A stretch of DNA of 64,000 nt, taken from positions 1,364,001-1,428,000 of the forward strand of contig SMSO01000005.1 in NCBI GenBank assembly GCA_004764695.1. Direction: 5' to 3'. The notes below the pieces were generated by a model. The model was not told where the DNA came from and searched no databases. It saw nothing but the letters and a program-made list of their open reading frames with translations. Every line of letters begins with the position of its first letter. The stretch's first letter is position 1. Below, piece after piece: positions 22,765 through 35,995 of this stretch. The DNA comes from Schizochytrium sp. TIO01. Taxonomy: Eukaryota; Protista; Bigyra: Labyrinthulomycetes. Position numbers and translations under genes: made by a program.

Positions 22765-24108
22765 ATGGGCGGTAGCGAAGATCATTATGATTTGGTGTGC
22801 GTTGGAGGAGGTAACTCGGCGGGGTACTTGGCCAAGAACCTCGTAGAGATGGGCTACACGGATGATAAGCGTGTGGCGATCATCAGTGCGGAGCCAGTGG
22901 CGCCTTATGAGCGACCTGCTCTTTCCAAGGCTTTTCTGCATCCTCCTGGAGCCAAGGTGCGTGCGCGCCTCCCAGGGTTTCACACCAGTGTTGGCGGAGG
23001 TGGCGACCGCCAGCTTCCCGAGTGGTATGAGAAACATAACATCAACCTGATGACCAACACCAAGGCAGTTGCCTTGAATGCTGACAAGGGTGAAATCACG
23101 CTTGGAAACTCGAAAAAAGTTTCCTACGATAAGCTCGTGCTTGCTACTGGTGCGAAAGCCCTCACGCCTGCAGATATTGGCATGAATAACCCGGACCTTG
23201 GCAACGTATTCACTATTCGTGAGGAGGAGAGTGCGCTTGAGATGGTCAATTCGCTCGAGGCAAAGCAGGACTCCATTAAAAGTCTTGTTATTGTTGGAGG
23301 AGGCTACATCGGTATGGAGACTGCTGCTGCGTTTAGTGGCTGGGGATTTGAGGTGACCATCGTGTTGCCGGGCGAGCATCTCATGCACCGCCTCTTCCCA
23401 GAAGCAGTATCAGAGGTGTTTGAGAACTACTTCAAGGCCAAGGGCATCAATGTACAAACAGGGAGTGCCGTGACGGGCCTTGTCCCTAGCAACAAGGATA
23501 GCAAACTGGTTGGTGGTGTCAAACTTGAGTCTGGTGATGTCATTGAGGCCGAGGCTGTTATTTTCGGTGTTGGTGCACGTGTGGACACATCTCTGGCTGA
23601 AGATGCTATTGAGAAAGGCGAAGGTCGTACTGGTGGCTATGCTGTCAATGGATCTTTTCGAACCTCTCGAAGCAACATCTTTGCTATTGGCGACATTGCT
23701 GCTGTGAATGGCACACAAAGATTTGAGCATGTCGATTTTTGCCGTAAGAGCGCCGCCCAAGCCGCAAAAGCGATTGTGGAGGACGCTGATGTGCCAGACA
23801 TGGACTACCTTCCCTACTTTTACTCTCGTCTATTCGAGTATACTGAGACGCCCCTCATTTTTCAGTTTTATGGTGATTCTGATACTAGTTCTGACAGGAT
23901 CTCGGTCGAGATCTTTGGAGACCTCAAGGGAGCGCTCAAGACAACCGCCAATGAGAAGGTGCCCATGTTTGGAGCCGCCTGGGTCGACACCTCAGCAGAC
24001 AACGCTGTGCGTGGCATGATGTGCTGTAACGGCTCCTCCGACCAGTATGACGCAGCTAAGCAGGCCGTTCTTGAAGGCGCCACATTTTCGCCTGACATTC
24101 TTGGTTAG
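22765..24108 (+). CDS. MDHAR: Monodehydroascorbate reductase (FAD/NADH pyridine nucleotide-disulphide oxidoreductase family)
   Basis: VGGGNSAGY, PYERPALSKAFL, ARLPGFHTSVGGGGDRQLPEWY, VGGGYIGME, FAIGDIA, EHVDFCRKSA and YLPYFYSRLFE match the plant-type MDHAR signature. ATG at 22765. Confidence 0.9.
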   Translation: MGGSEDHYDLVCVGGGNSAGYLAKNLVEMGYTDDKRVAIISAEPVAPYERPALSKAFLHPPGAKVRARLPGFHTSVGGGGDRQLPEWYEKHNINLMTNTKAVALNADKGEITLGNSKKVSYDKLVLATGAKALTPADIGMNNPDLGNVFTIREEESALEMVNSLEAKQDSIKSLVIVGGGYIGMETAAAFSGWGFEVTIVLPGEHLMHRLFPEAVSEVFENYFKAKGINVQTGSAVTGLVPSNKDSKLVGGVKLESGDVIEAEAVIFGVGARVDTSLAEDAIEKGEGRTGGYAVNGSFRTSRSNIFAIGDIAAVNGTQRFEHVDFCRKSAAQAAKAIVEDADVPDMDYLPYFYSRLFEYTETPLIFQFYGDSDTSSDRISVEIFGDLKGALKTTANEKVPMFGAAWVDTSADNAVRGMMCCNGSSDQYDAAKQAVLEGATFSPDILG

Positions 24109-25492
24109 ACGACCACAGTTTATAGCTATAATTGTATCACACCATTTTCATTTCTTCATGTTGAGTCCTACAATTGTGTAGGAGGCCCACGACCCCGAGC
24201 TAAACTTCTGTTGGTATCCCATAACTCTTGTGTCTCTTAAAAAACAAGCATCTCTGCCACTGTCGTGCTCCATATCACGATGTTTCATCGTCTCATTGTT
24301 GGGGATCCTAATTTTAGTTAGAGGTGTCCGCTATCGAGCTTTCATAGGCCAATCAGACTGGGCGCGGGCGAAGTACCCTGAGACCTTGAGGAAGCACGCG
24401 GGCATTCGTTCGTCCCGCTCGCATTTGGCAATGCCACCCTCTCAAAACGCCATATAGCGACAAAAACGATAATTTTAAAAATTAAAGGTTAAAATCAAAT
24501 CTTAAAGTGTTTTATTTATTTATTTATTTATTTGTTTATATTTTATTTACTTACTACTGGGCCTACTACTAATATATTTTATTAAAAGAAAAAGACGTTT
24601 ATTTAATTTAATTTAATTCAATTCAATTTAATTTAATTTTTTATTTAAGAGAAAAGAACAGCAGTTAAAGTTTGGTCGCAGATTTCACGCCTAGACAGCA
24701 ACTCTCTCGAGTACGCTTAAACCGCACTCAAAGCGGCGCACCGTGACGCTCTGAGGTTCTAGTTGAGTTGGTTTTTATCGGTACTGCAACGGAGTCAATC
24801 ATAATAAATGAAATGTCATCAGAGACGACGGGTGAATTTGTCCTGTTCCCCCCCAAAACTCATGGCTTCTTCGCCATATACCCCAGAATAAACCAAAAAA
24901 AAAGAGAAAAAAAAGTGACCATCTTAAGAGTTAGATGAAAGACGCCATGATGTGGTTTCGATCTATGAAACAATCGGCCAATGCACGTGATAAGATGACA
25001 GGGCGTGGTGTCAAAGCCAGGATTCTTAAGGCCCCACCTTCTTGGGCACAAGAACTGATGCCACTTCATTAATCTTGGAGCTCCAGTATCGAAGAACGCA
25101 AGGAAAAGAACACTAAAACACTCTATACCTACATAAGTATGCACAATTGTAGTCGCTTAGATGAGTGTTCTTCTTCTTTCGTATTAAATATACTCTGTAC
25201 CTCTCATGACGATCAAATGAACGCACAAATCGCTATGATACTGCTTCTTCTTTGATTTTTCCAGCTGACCTCGCAGAATATGAACATGAGAAGCTGCCCA
25301 GTCCATGTTGTGCTCGTGGATTCCTGCCATGAAAAGCCTTCTCCAGATCAGTTTCTTACGCTCGCCTTTCCACCATGCGCAAGCTTTTATGCCTGTCCTC
25401 CATTCACAAACGGTGTAAGAGGCCATAGCCATGCAATCATTCCGAGCACTCATTCGTTATCTCATCTCATCTCATCGCCATAATCACCATAG

Positions 25493-25731
25493 CAAACAAA
25501 CAAACAAACAAACAAACAAACAAACAAACAAACAAACAAACAAACAAACAAACAAACAAACAAACAAACAAACAAACAAACAAACAAACAAACAAACAAA
25601 CAAACAAACAAACAAACAAACAAACAAACAAACAAACAAACAAACAAACAAACAAACCAACAAACAAACAAACAAACAAACAAACAAACAAACAAACAAA
25701 CAAACAAACAAACAAACAAACAAACAAACAA
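25493..25731. repeat. (AAAC)n microsatellite, ~60 units
   Basis: Read directly; explains the spurious KQTN/FVCL ORFs. Confidence 0.97.
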
Positions 25732-26257
25732 AAATATTAGACAATGTCAGGCCAGGCGCTAGCAGTCAAATACCACTCAGTAGGCTCACGGTCGATGAGA
25801 AATGAAGGAGAAAGAAACAACGGTGGGGCGACGATGGTGGCGAGAACTCGGCTTCTGAAGGCCTGCCTGCCTGCCTGGGATACGGTAAGGTGGAGGCGAG
25901 GCTAAAAGACACAATCGCGCGGCAAAGCCTCTGTCCTGTCTGTCTGTCGGGCGGCTAGCTAGCTAGCTCCCAGCCATGCCGAAGAGAGGCGCTGACTGAT
26001 GGCCTGCTGGGAACGGTGAGTTGGCGGGAAAAGGGAAAAGGTAATGCGATGGCCTTCGAAGAAGAATACAGATGGAACGTTCTTTTATTGATTGATTGAT
26101 TTGTTTATTGATATTATACATCAATGAACAAATTGCTCTTATAAAACAGCAATGTAGGCAGCACATAAACGCTAGGTATGCTATATAGTACTACTTATTT
26201 TAATCATTTTTTTATCGTAAAAGTATTGAATATATATATATATATATGCAGGCTGAG

Positions 26258-26276
26258 GGATTGATTGATTGATTGA

Positions 26277-26314
<38 letters not shown>
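26258..26314. repeat. (GATT)n microsatellite
   Basis: Read directly from the sequence. Confidence 0.85.
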
Positions 26315-26316
<2 letters not shown>

Positions 26317-27294
26317 GGAAAATAGTACAGAGAGTAAGGTAAAAGAAAAGTCAACCAGAAGAGAGCCCTGTTCTTGCAATGATGGTGCCTGTCCGCCAAC
26401 TCTCGCCCAGAAAGACGCAGTACCAATAAGCCATGCATAAGTATTAGCTGGAGACGGAGCTCTTTAACATTGAATGCAATGCATGCTAAAGCATGGATTA
26501 CCTGCATGTTGTTGTTCTTGCACAACAAAAAACGAACTCTTGCTTTGATTAATTAGTTAATTAATTTTTTTTTTTAAACAACAAAAACCAGCATTGAATA
26601 AAATAGAAAGACAATTCCTAAAAGCTCCCATCGTTTAAAGAACAAAAAGAACACCATACCCGTCTACTATGCTATCATTAACTAATATTCTAATGGGGGT
26701 CTTAGGCCCTGCTCGCTACCACTACTTCTACTCTTACCCATAACTGTCCCTCACCAATAGCGTCTACAAATCTTTAGTGAGGCTCTAATGTACCTATCAT
26801 TTTGCTTTAATTTCAAATTTTCAAAAAGGAAAGAGAAAAAGTTTAGTGCCGCTATTCTTATGATGCAGAATATTAAAAAAGACTTTTAAAAGCTAATATG
26901 TTCCTATTGCCAAATCAGGCAGCTCCTTAGTCGCAAGGAGTTTAAACGAAAAGAAAAAGAAAAAAGAAGAAGAAAAAAAGAACACAAGGAGACAATAGCA
27001 AAGGCCTTTCGGCGCTGTCTCGCTTGAGGGAGAAGCAGCAGACGTTGGGCCTCGCCAAGGTCGGCGCCGCTCTCTCTGTGCCCAGCACGAGCTCACAGGG
27101 AAGGAGAGACATTCGCCGAACCTTTTACGTGACTCCACAGCCAGTCTTGTGCCTCGGTCTCGACCGGTGCTCTCAATTTTGAGAGACTTGGATCTTCATC
27201 GAGCGACGGAGACTTAAATCCAACTCCTTTCTTTAGTCCACAACTTCGTCTGCTTCGTCTACGTTGCGCAAGAAGGTCACTACAGCCCGCAAAA

Positions 27295-28773
27295 ATGGCA
27301 GAGCAGAAAGCCCAAGAAGAACAGGTCGCGGTGGACCCTGCCAAAGTGAAACGCGCTGATGAACTGAAAGCGGAGGCGAACCAATACTTTGGCCGGGCCC
27401 AATACGCCCAAGCCATTGCTGTCTACTCCGAAGCTATTGAGGTGCTTCCGAGTGCTGTGCTGTACTCAAACCGTGCTTTTGCGAATTTGAGGATCGAGGC
27501 ATTTGGTTTGGCCATCGAAGATGCCCGCAAAGCAATGGCTTTGGACCCGAGATTTGTAAAGGCCTATTATCGCCTTGGATCTGCGTACGTGGCGCTTGGT
27601 AAGTACAAGCATGCGTTTAAAGTTTTTAAGCAGTGCGCAAAGCTTGCTCCCAAGGACCCCGATGTGCGCAAGAAACTTTCTTTGTGTGAGAAGGAGGTGA
27701 AGCGCCAGGCATTTGAGTCTGCGATCGCTATGGAGGACCCCAAGGCACTCGCTGAGACCATTGATCTTGGCGCAATGGTTATTCCGGATTCCTACGAGGG
27801 CCCGAAACTGGGTGAGAACGATGAGGTTACTGAGGAGTTTGTCAATGGTATGCTAGACTGGATGCGCGACGAAAAGCTCATCCCGAAGCGCATTGTCGCC
27901 AGTGTTCTGATCCAGCTGCGCAACCTGCTGGTAAAGCTCCCATCGTTGATCGACGTCGAAATTCCTGACGAGGAGGGCGTGTACATGAGTGTCTTGGGAG
28001 ACACCCATGGACAGTTCTACGATCTTCTCAACATCTTCAAGATTAACGATAAACCTTCTCCTAAGCGGCCGTACCTGTGGAACGGCGACCTCTGCGATCG
28101 TGGTTCTTGGAGCTTTGAGACTACCTTCACCGCTTTTGCATACAAGGTTCTGTACCCGAATAGCGTCTTTATCAACCGTGGTAACCATGAAACCGTGAAC
28201 ATGAACAAGATGTATGGCTTTGAGGGCGAAGTCACCAAAAAGTACGACAACAACATCATGCAGCTCTTCACCGAGTGCTTCCGAGCCTTGCCGTATGCTC
28301 ACTGCATTGAGAAGAAGGTTCTCGTTGTGCATGGCGGTCTCTTCAAGGACGACGGTGTCAAGCTCGATGAGATTCGCAAGATCCCGCGTGGTTGTGAACC
28401 CCCTGAAACTGGTATTGCCTCTGATATTCTCTGGAGTGACCCACAGCCTTTCAACGGTCGTGGACCATCCAAGCGTGGCGTGGGTCTCTCCTTTGGACCG
28501 GATGTCACGGAGCGCTTTCTTAAGGATAACAACCTCGACCTCATTATTCGCTCCCACGAAGTCCGCGAGGAGGGCTTTCTCATGGAGCATAATGGAAAGC
28601 TCATTACGGTGTTCTCGGCGCCGAACTATTGCGACCAAATGGGCAACAAGGGCGCCCTGATCCGCTTCCGTAAAAACAACATGAAACCCGACCCCATCAC
28701 TTTCGAGGCCGTACCCCATCCTGACTTGAAGCCGATGGCGTACGCAAGTAACTTGGGCATGTTCGGACTTTAA
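27295..28773 (+). CDS. PPP5C: Serine/threonine protein phosphatase 5 (3 TPR + PPP catalytic domain)
   Basis: N-terminal TPRs; GDTHGQ, GDLCDRG, RGNHE, HGG, RSHE and SAPNYCD; C-terminal AVPHP..KPMAYA. Confidence 0.97.
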   Translation: MAEQKAQEEQVAVDPAKVKRADELKAEANQYFGRAQYAQAIAVYSEAIEVLPSAVLYSNRAFANLRIEAFGLAIEDARKAMALDPRFVKAYYRLGSAYVALGKYKHAFKVFKQCAKLAPKDPDVRKKLSLCEKEVKRQAFESAIAMEDPKALAETIDLGAMVIPDSYEGPKLGENDEVTEEFVNGMLDWMRDEKLIPKRIVASVLIQLRNLLVKLPSLIDVEIPDEEGVYMSVLGDTHGQFYDLLNIFKINDKPSPKRPYLWNGDLCDRGSWSFETTFTAFAYKVLYPNSVFINRGNHETVNMNKMYGFEGEVTKKYDNNIMQLFTECFRALPYAHCIEKKVLVVHGGLFKDDGVKLDEIRKIPRGCEPPETGIASDILWSDPQPFNGRGPSKRGVGLSFGPDVTERFLKDNNLDLIIRSHEVREEGFLMEHNGKLITVFSAPNYCDQMGNKGALIRFRKNNMKPDPITFEAVPHPDLKPMAYASNLGMFGL

Positions 28774-29629
28774 TTTTGGGCCCATTCACACTTTTGGCAA
28801 AGACATACGTTTTCCTGCTGAGACATAACAAGGAAATGCAGTTTTTACATCAAGCTCCATCAAGAACGGGCAAAACAATAACGACGAGTTTCCCTCGATG
28901 GCAGTAAAGGACCTTTCCTCTTTTGGTTCCGTTCCTCAAGCAACAAACGCAACAGCAACAGCAACTCACTCCATACCCGCATTTCTTCTCGACCAATCCC
29001 AGATACTAGCAAATATAATATCAACACGCTCACTCATGCTTAGCGAGCTAGCAATCTTAAACGTTTATTTGCCTCTGGTTACGAAAGAAAATATTTTCCC
29101 TTTTTAGACGTGTTTCGAGACAGCTTTGTTTGGTGTTTTTCATGCAGCAGCAATAGAGAAGAATAGATAAATAATGGTGCTCAAATCGTTAATCTCATAA
29201 TATGTTTGCAGCTTTTATACTATTGGTATTTATTTTCCAAACCACACTTCAGAATTTTAATTTATTAGCACACATCGGCTGGTGACATGAGACTCCGACA
29301 ACTACACAAATATCTTTTAATTTGTTTTATTTTTATTCTTTTAAAGGTTTAGTGTAGAGATTTGTTGTGTTAGTTTTGCAGCTCCAAATCAAGATATAGC
29401 CATGTGCTGCAATGCAAAGCGCTTGATGCTTGGAGCTGCATCTATTGTATCGTGGTGCAGACTTTTTAATGATATTATGCAAAACAGCTGCCGCACAGGC
29501 AAAGGATTGATGTATAAAAAAACCGCATGCCCCCAGTGCTTTGCTCCTAGCATAGTTTGTTTTGTATAATTGCGACGAGGCAAACATATGCCCTGTACTA
29601 GCATTTCTTGTTTGTTTTAAATGCCAAAC

Positions 29630-30709
<1,080 letters not shown>

Positions 30710-31110
30710 TTATTTTACTTTTAAAAGTAGGAAATATACTCTATAAAATCTAACTACCGCTTTGTAGGTAAATTCTCCAAAATACGGTACATGATACTGC
30801 CTTTTCTACCTTCTCATGATGGTTCATGTGCGTCAAGATGGCAATTGATCAGAGGCAATCACTTTTTGAAAAGATGCAATATATGGCACTTTGCGAGGGA
30901 TAATGGATCGAAAGTGAAGTCTTCTACTTCATGGAGAGAAGCAAGAACAAAAATATGCGAGGTTACCATGGTACGAGATTATCATAAAATTTCAAGTTGT
31001 TGAAGTAGCTAAGGAAAAATGTATTATCAGAACAACGAAACGGGTAAACACAAAAGGTGGCATACAACGGGATGAACAGAGGGAAGATGCTGCTCTTAGC
31101 AGAGATAGAG

Positions 31111-32688
31111 TTAGGACTCCAAGGTTTCTCTGGAAGGGCTGCTAACATGAGGACCGCCCTCGATTTCACCGTTCTCATGGTAACGTTTGTGCAGGGTATC
31201 TGCGATTTCCTCGCGAGCTTTGTCCATATTCACAAGGTAAGTAGCAACAAAACCAATACCGAGAAATGGTAGAATCGCATAAAGACAAAACTTCTTGTTC
31301 TCGTCGGAAGCAGTTTCGTTAATGAGAGTGTACAACAAAGGTGGCAGGAAAGCAAAGCATTTAGATGCAAATGTGCGAAGTCCAAAAAATGCAGTCTCCT
31401 GAGAACCCGGCACCATCTCAGCAAACCAAGCTACATTAACAGGGTAGATAGAACCAATGCCGAGGCCCCAGAACATGGCAAATACATACTGCATGATTGT
31501 TCCTAGTGCTGTTGGCTTACGAGCATACACCTCACCATCTTCACAGTATTCACTGGAGTCATCTGGATCGGGGTCATCTTCACCAGTGATCAGGAAGGGC
31601 ACCAAAATGATGATAATAATCCAGTAAGCCGTAATAAACAAGTTGGTCCGACGTAGATCTCCAAACATCTTTGATAAGCGTGTAGTCAACAAAGCTCCAG
31701 GGATGGTCATGACAAGTGTAATTCCGGTGATGACCTGCACATTGAACGCTGATGTACCAACGATGCTTAGAAGATATGTAGAGGCCAAACTCACAATCGT
31801 AGAAGCGCCAGTCACACCAGTTGCATATTGAATCATGTATAAGCCAATTTGATTGTACTTATAGAAACACTGGATAATCATGCGAACAACACGAGGAATG
31901 CCAAGAAAACCTGCAGGCACGATATCCTCAGGAAGCTTGGGACGCGGCTTCATAAAGGCCATGCCAGGAAAAGCAAAGAGAGCCCAAATGATAATGGCCA
32001 CCACAACACCGATTTGCGGAGCTGTGATCTTATTGTTCGAAACGCCCAGAGCAAGGCCAAGACCAACGGCGATCAATGCGTAAGAAAGCTGACCCATGTT
32101 GAGCAAAACATACATTTTCGTGGTATACAAGGTGCGCTCCTCCTCAGTGTGCCCAATTTCAGGCAGATAACTGTTATGAACGATCTGGAAAGCGTCATAG
32201 AGCAGAGACACAGACACCAGGAGTACAGCAAACACGACCAAACCCCACAGATGACCATCGAAGAAAAGTACCACACCGCTAAGCGCCACAGCCACAGCAA
32301 GTAGGCACAAGGCAACCTTAAAAATAGTTGTACGCCAAGAGCCTGCATCAGTCAATGCACCAAAGAGAGGAGAGACACACGCGTTAACAAGGCCTTCAAT
32401 AGTCACTACGGTACTGACTACGCTGGAAACAAGAATACTAGCATTGCCAAAGTTTACTCGATATGTACTGCAGTCTTGTACGCTTTCTGCCATGCCAGTG
32501 AGCGCAAGCACGCTAAAAACAGCAATGTACCCAATCATGGGACCTCGACTAGCTCCTGTGAGCGTGTAGCCGGTAATCTCACGGTTCTCAGGATAGCGGA
32601 CATAACGCCAGTTCCACCATAGTGGCCAGGTACGCCAGCCGGTTTCCTCTGCCGGCCCGGCAGCGGAATTTGAGATAGCAGCTGACAT
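31111..32688 (-). CDS. ATG22/UMF1-like MFS transporter
   Basis: About 12 hydrophobic segments; SPLFGALTD, HNSYLPEI and FAEMVPGSQETAFFGL. Confidence 0.85.
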   Translation of the reverse strand: MSAAISNSAAGPAEETGWRTWPLWWNWRYVRYPENREITGYTLTGASRGPMIGYIAVFSVLALTGMAESVQDCSTYRVNFGNASILVSSVVSTVVTIEGLVNACVSPLFGALTDAGSWRTTIFKVALCLLAVAVALSGVVLFFDGHLWGLVVFAVLLVSVSLLYDAFQIVHNSYLPEIGHTEEERTLYTTKMYVLLNMGQLSYALIAVGLGLALGVSNNKITAPQIGVVVAIIIWALFAFPGMAFMKPRPKLPEDIVPAGFLGIPRVVRMIIQCFYKYNQIGLYMIQYATGVTGASTIVSLASTYLLSIVGTSAFNVQVITGITLVMTIPGALLTTRLSKMFGDLRRTNLFITAYWIIIIILVPFLITGEDDPDPDDSSEYCEDGEVYARKPTALGTIMQYVFAMFWGLGIGSIYPVNVAWFAEMVPGSQETAFFGLRTFASKCFAFLPPLLYTLINETASDENKKFCLYAILPFLGIGFVATYLVNMDKAREEIADTLHKRYHENGEIEGGPHVSSPSRETLES

Positions 32689-33590
32689 CGTCCGTGTCGA
32701 TACCTTTTACCAGATAAGGCCAATAGACGAGTACCTGGTACGTGGTCCCTGGAAGGTAATTTAAGCTTTCCGTTCTCGAAGCTGGTGCTTGGACTAAATG
32801 ATCTGCAGGCAGTTTCGGATTTGGAGTTTGTCAAGCACGAGCTTTGGCTTTTGATCAATCTCCTGTGTGCTTTCCACACTTGCAGAGCGGGCTTTTGATA
32901 TTCATAATCGAAAGGTGTATTAACTTGGGTATCCCGCCAAGCCAGCTTTCGAATAGGAAGGAGATGGTTACATACTGCACCTGTTTCCCCATAAGCGATA
33001 ATTAATCTCGCTAAGGCGCATCGTACTTCACCACTTCTCCGGACCCGTGTCCCTGAAGCATGGTTGGTCTGATCAGCCACTTCAAGGAAGAACCCGACTT
33101 ACTTCACTTCGCGCCAGCGTCCAAGGAAGCAGAAAACAAAGCCATGAAACAGCACTAAAATACTACACAGCAAGCACGTAAACGAAGCACCCACTACACT
33201 TCGTAGGCCCCGGTCGTCAGCCTTTTCCCTGCGCCCACGCACAAACCCAGGAGCATTTGTCCATAGCTCTTCAGCCATCGCAGACTCTTCACTCCGTACG
33301 TTCTCTCAATTCGAAAGTTCTCTTGCCATCGCCTCAAAGTAATGCTGCTTCTTCGCACCATCCTAAACTTACACACTACGCCCCTTTAAGCCCGCACCCC
33401 CCATAACTGACCCCCAATGCGCACGCATCGCGAGGGCTATAAAGGAGCTCTACGGCCAGAACCAAGACACCGGGACACATAAAGAGAGTACCTCCCAAGA
33501 CTGAAGAAGATGCGGAATTTGGAAGAAGGAAGGAAGTGAGAACTTGGAGCAGACTGAGATATGATGACAACTGAAGAGCTCAAATTGAGG

Positions 33591-33670
33591 TGAAATGGAA
33601 TGGAATGGAATGGAATGGAATAAAGTGGAATGGAAAAAAGTGGAATGGAATCAAGTGGAATGGAATGGAA
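33591..33670. repeat. (TGGAA)n degenerate microsatellite
   Basis: Read directly from the sequence. Confidence 0.85.
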
Positions 33671-33872
33671 TGAGGTATAACTACTTTGATCTGATGCGGT
33701 CTGATTCAATGCCGTCGATCGATGGTGGCGAAGAAGCGTGAGGTCTGTGGCACAAGGTCGGCTGTAAACTTGGGTTTAACTGACTGTTGAAGATCTTGAG
33801 GTCGATAGGCTGAGGAGGAGATGCAAGAATGCATGCAAGTACAGTTGAATCTGCTTGGGAAAGGAAAGGAGC

Positions 33873-33873
<1 letters not shown>

Positions 33874-33913
<40 letters not shown>

Positions 33914-33920
33914 AGAAGAA
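33874..33920. repeat. (CAG)12(AAG)n trinucleotide tract
   Basis: Read directly from the sequence. Confidence 0.9.
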
Positions 33921-34608
33921 GATGTGGAGACGGGATCTGGGCCAATGGACAGACAGACGTTGGTGCCTAAGGCCAGAACTGCAGAGCTTGAAGAGCTCAA
34001 GGCGAAACTTCAGGCTTGAGGGAATAAATAACTCCAACGCCACCTTCACATACGATTGTAGGCGTCAATGATATTCTGCAGGCGTGCACTAGGTAGGTAC
34101 TTGGAGCCCATCGTCACGTTGGGGTTCCAGTATACGTCTGCATGGCGTCGTTTATGGCGAGGTATGAAAGGTTGCGGTGGCGGCCACGAAAAGATCAAAC
34201 GCCACCATCAGGCCTCCTTGCGACCTCTCGGTGCTTGCTCTGATCGTGCCAGACCTGTCAACTAGATTCGAAGGTCCATCGGGCAGCGGAAAGGGCGCAT
34301 AGGTCGATATTGCACTGCACGTTGGACCTGAGGACCAGGAATGTATATACATATATGTATATGTATATGTATATGTATAATCTGGCACGTGCACGGCCCA
34401 CAAGGGATTTCAAGGTGTGCGAGATCTACACGCAGTGGGTGAATGGGTGCTTCTTGTTGTTCTTTCTCTGCTTGCTTGGCAATGTACCTAACGATAGATT
34501 GCAACGTAGTTTATCAATTTAAATCTTGGGGTTGAGATGGGGATTGATTGAGCCAAAAGCCGAAAAGGGGAAACTTGATTGCAGGCGGCTTTGGTGTAGT
34601 ATTTGGTG

Positions 34609-34847
34609 AGAAATCGATAACTGGTTATGCATTTCTATCGCCAGTTATCGATTTCTATCGGGTTATCTCTGCAACGCGATCGGTGCCTAGTGGCATTTCT
34701 ATCTGCTGAAAGACTGAGTTGGGAAAGTGATGGGTGGGGGCGCGCAGATTGATAGCCAAGAATACAAGTTTCAAGTTCATGTGGACTAGTGTTAGACTTT
34801 ACTTGAGTGAGCTTTCGCGCAGATAGCTAAAGGTAAAGACAAGATAA
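34609..34847. promoter_or_regulatory. GATA-motif cluster with a perfect 16-bp inverted repeat (putative regulatory element)
   Basis: agaaatcgataactgg (34609-34624) pairs with ccagttatcgatttct (34641-34656). About 9 HGATAR sites in ~235 bp. Confidence 0.45.
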
Positions 34848-34960
34848 TAATAGTAAAAGGTAGCTTTAGGAAACAAACAGACAAAACTAGATATAGGGGA
34901 GAGAACTAGGTATATAAGCCGTATGCGATTTCGAGCGATTTGGACATTCTCGTTCTGAGA

Positions 34961-35995
34961 TTAGAGAAGCTCGTTGTCCGGGGGAGAGGACTCTACGCCA
35001 TTTAGAATAGCAAAGCGGCCCTTCGTACGCGGAAAAACCATGTCACTACGCTCCCAAGGCCATCCACCAAAATGTGTGCGCTGATAGTCCTCAAATGTCT
35101 GCATGATTTCTTCCCGGGAGTTCATGACAAACGGACCGTGCTGCACGACAGGCTCTGGGATGGGTACGCCCTGAAGAACAAGAAATTCGCAAGTGGAAGA
35201 CTGGCAGTCAATGGTGATGTTTGCAGTGGCATCCGTCTCGATGAAAGTTGCGTGAACTCCACGCTTCACCTTTGTACCTCCAACATTGCATTCAGATCCC
35301 TCAACCATGTATAGGCTACGTTTTCCCTCTGCCGGGTCGAGCTCCAAGGTGCCACCCTCCTCAATTTTGAGATGAAAGACACCGACCTTGCTCTCGGGTT
35401 TGCTGGCATACGAACCATCAGGGGGCGAGGTTGTAGCAGCAACGCCCTTGAATTCACCACACCAGATTGTGGCATGGGAAAGGGCATCTTCGCTGTCCCA
35501 TTTTGCAATTTCATTGGCCCAAAGCATCTTAAAAACGGGCGGAACCATTTTGTTAGCACGAGGTGAGTTGAGCCAGATCTGGAAAAGCCGCAACTTGTTG
35601 GGTTTATCGGTATGGATAAGAGGAAACATCTCACTGTGCTGGATACCTGCGCCTGCGGTCATCCACTGAACATCGCCCTTGCCGTAGCGTCCACAGTTCT
35701 TAAGACTGTCAGCATGGTCCACGACGCCATCGAGGGTGCCAGTGATGGTTTCAAAACCTCTGTGCGGGTGCGATGGAAATCCTGGCACTCGGGATCCGTG
35801 GTACATGCGGAACTTTGCGTTTTGGTCAAAGTCCATACCGTTTCCGACTTTAGAAGGGTGCTCCATTCTTTCGTTTCCCGCTGGATATTCATCCTTGTGG
35901 TACACAACGAAGAGAAACGGCGAAGCGGTCTCCATGGGACCACCATTCATGGCCCGCACCGAGCGGATCGGGCTCTTCTTACGAAGCAAATTCAT
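34961..35995 (-). CDS. Pirin-family cupin protein (long form)
   Basis: Metal-binding HPHRGFETIT and WMTAGAGIQHSEM, FQIWLN, and Pirin_C GPFVMN. First ATG at 35995; the frame is open further upstream. Confidence 0.93.
   Translation of the reverse strand: MNLLRKKSPIRSVRAMNGGPMETASPFLFVVYHKDEYPAGNERMEHPSKVGNGMDFDQNAKFRMYHGSRVPGFPSHPHRGFETITGTLDGVVDHADSLKNCGRYGKGDVQWMTAGAGIQHSEMFPLIHTDKPNKLRLFQIWLNSPRANKMVPPVFKMLWANEIAKWDSEDALSHATIWCGEFKGVAATTSPPDGSYASKPESKVGVFHLKIEEGGTLELDPAEGKRSLYMVEGSECNVGGTKVKRGVHATFIETDATANITIDCQSSTCEFLVLQGVPIPEPVVQHGPFVMNSREEIMQTFEDYQRTHFGGWPWERSDMVFPRTKGRFAILNGVESSPPDNELL

Noticed and set aside
25431-25805. KQTN/FVCL repeat ORFs
   Set aside because: Translations of the (AAAC)n microsatellite.
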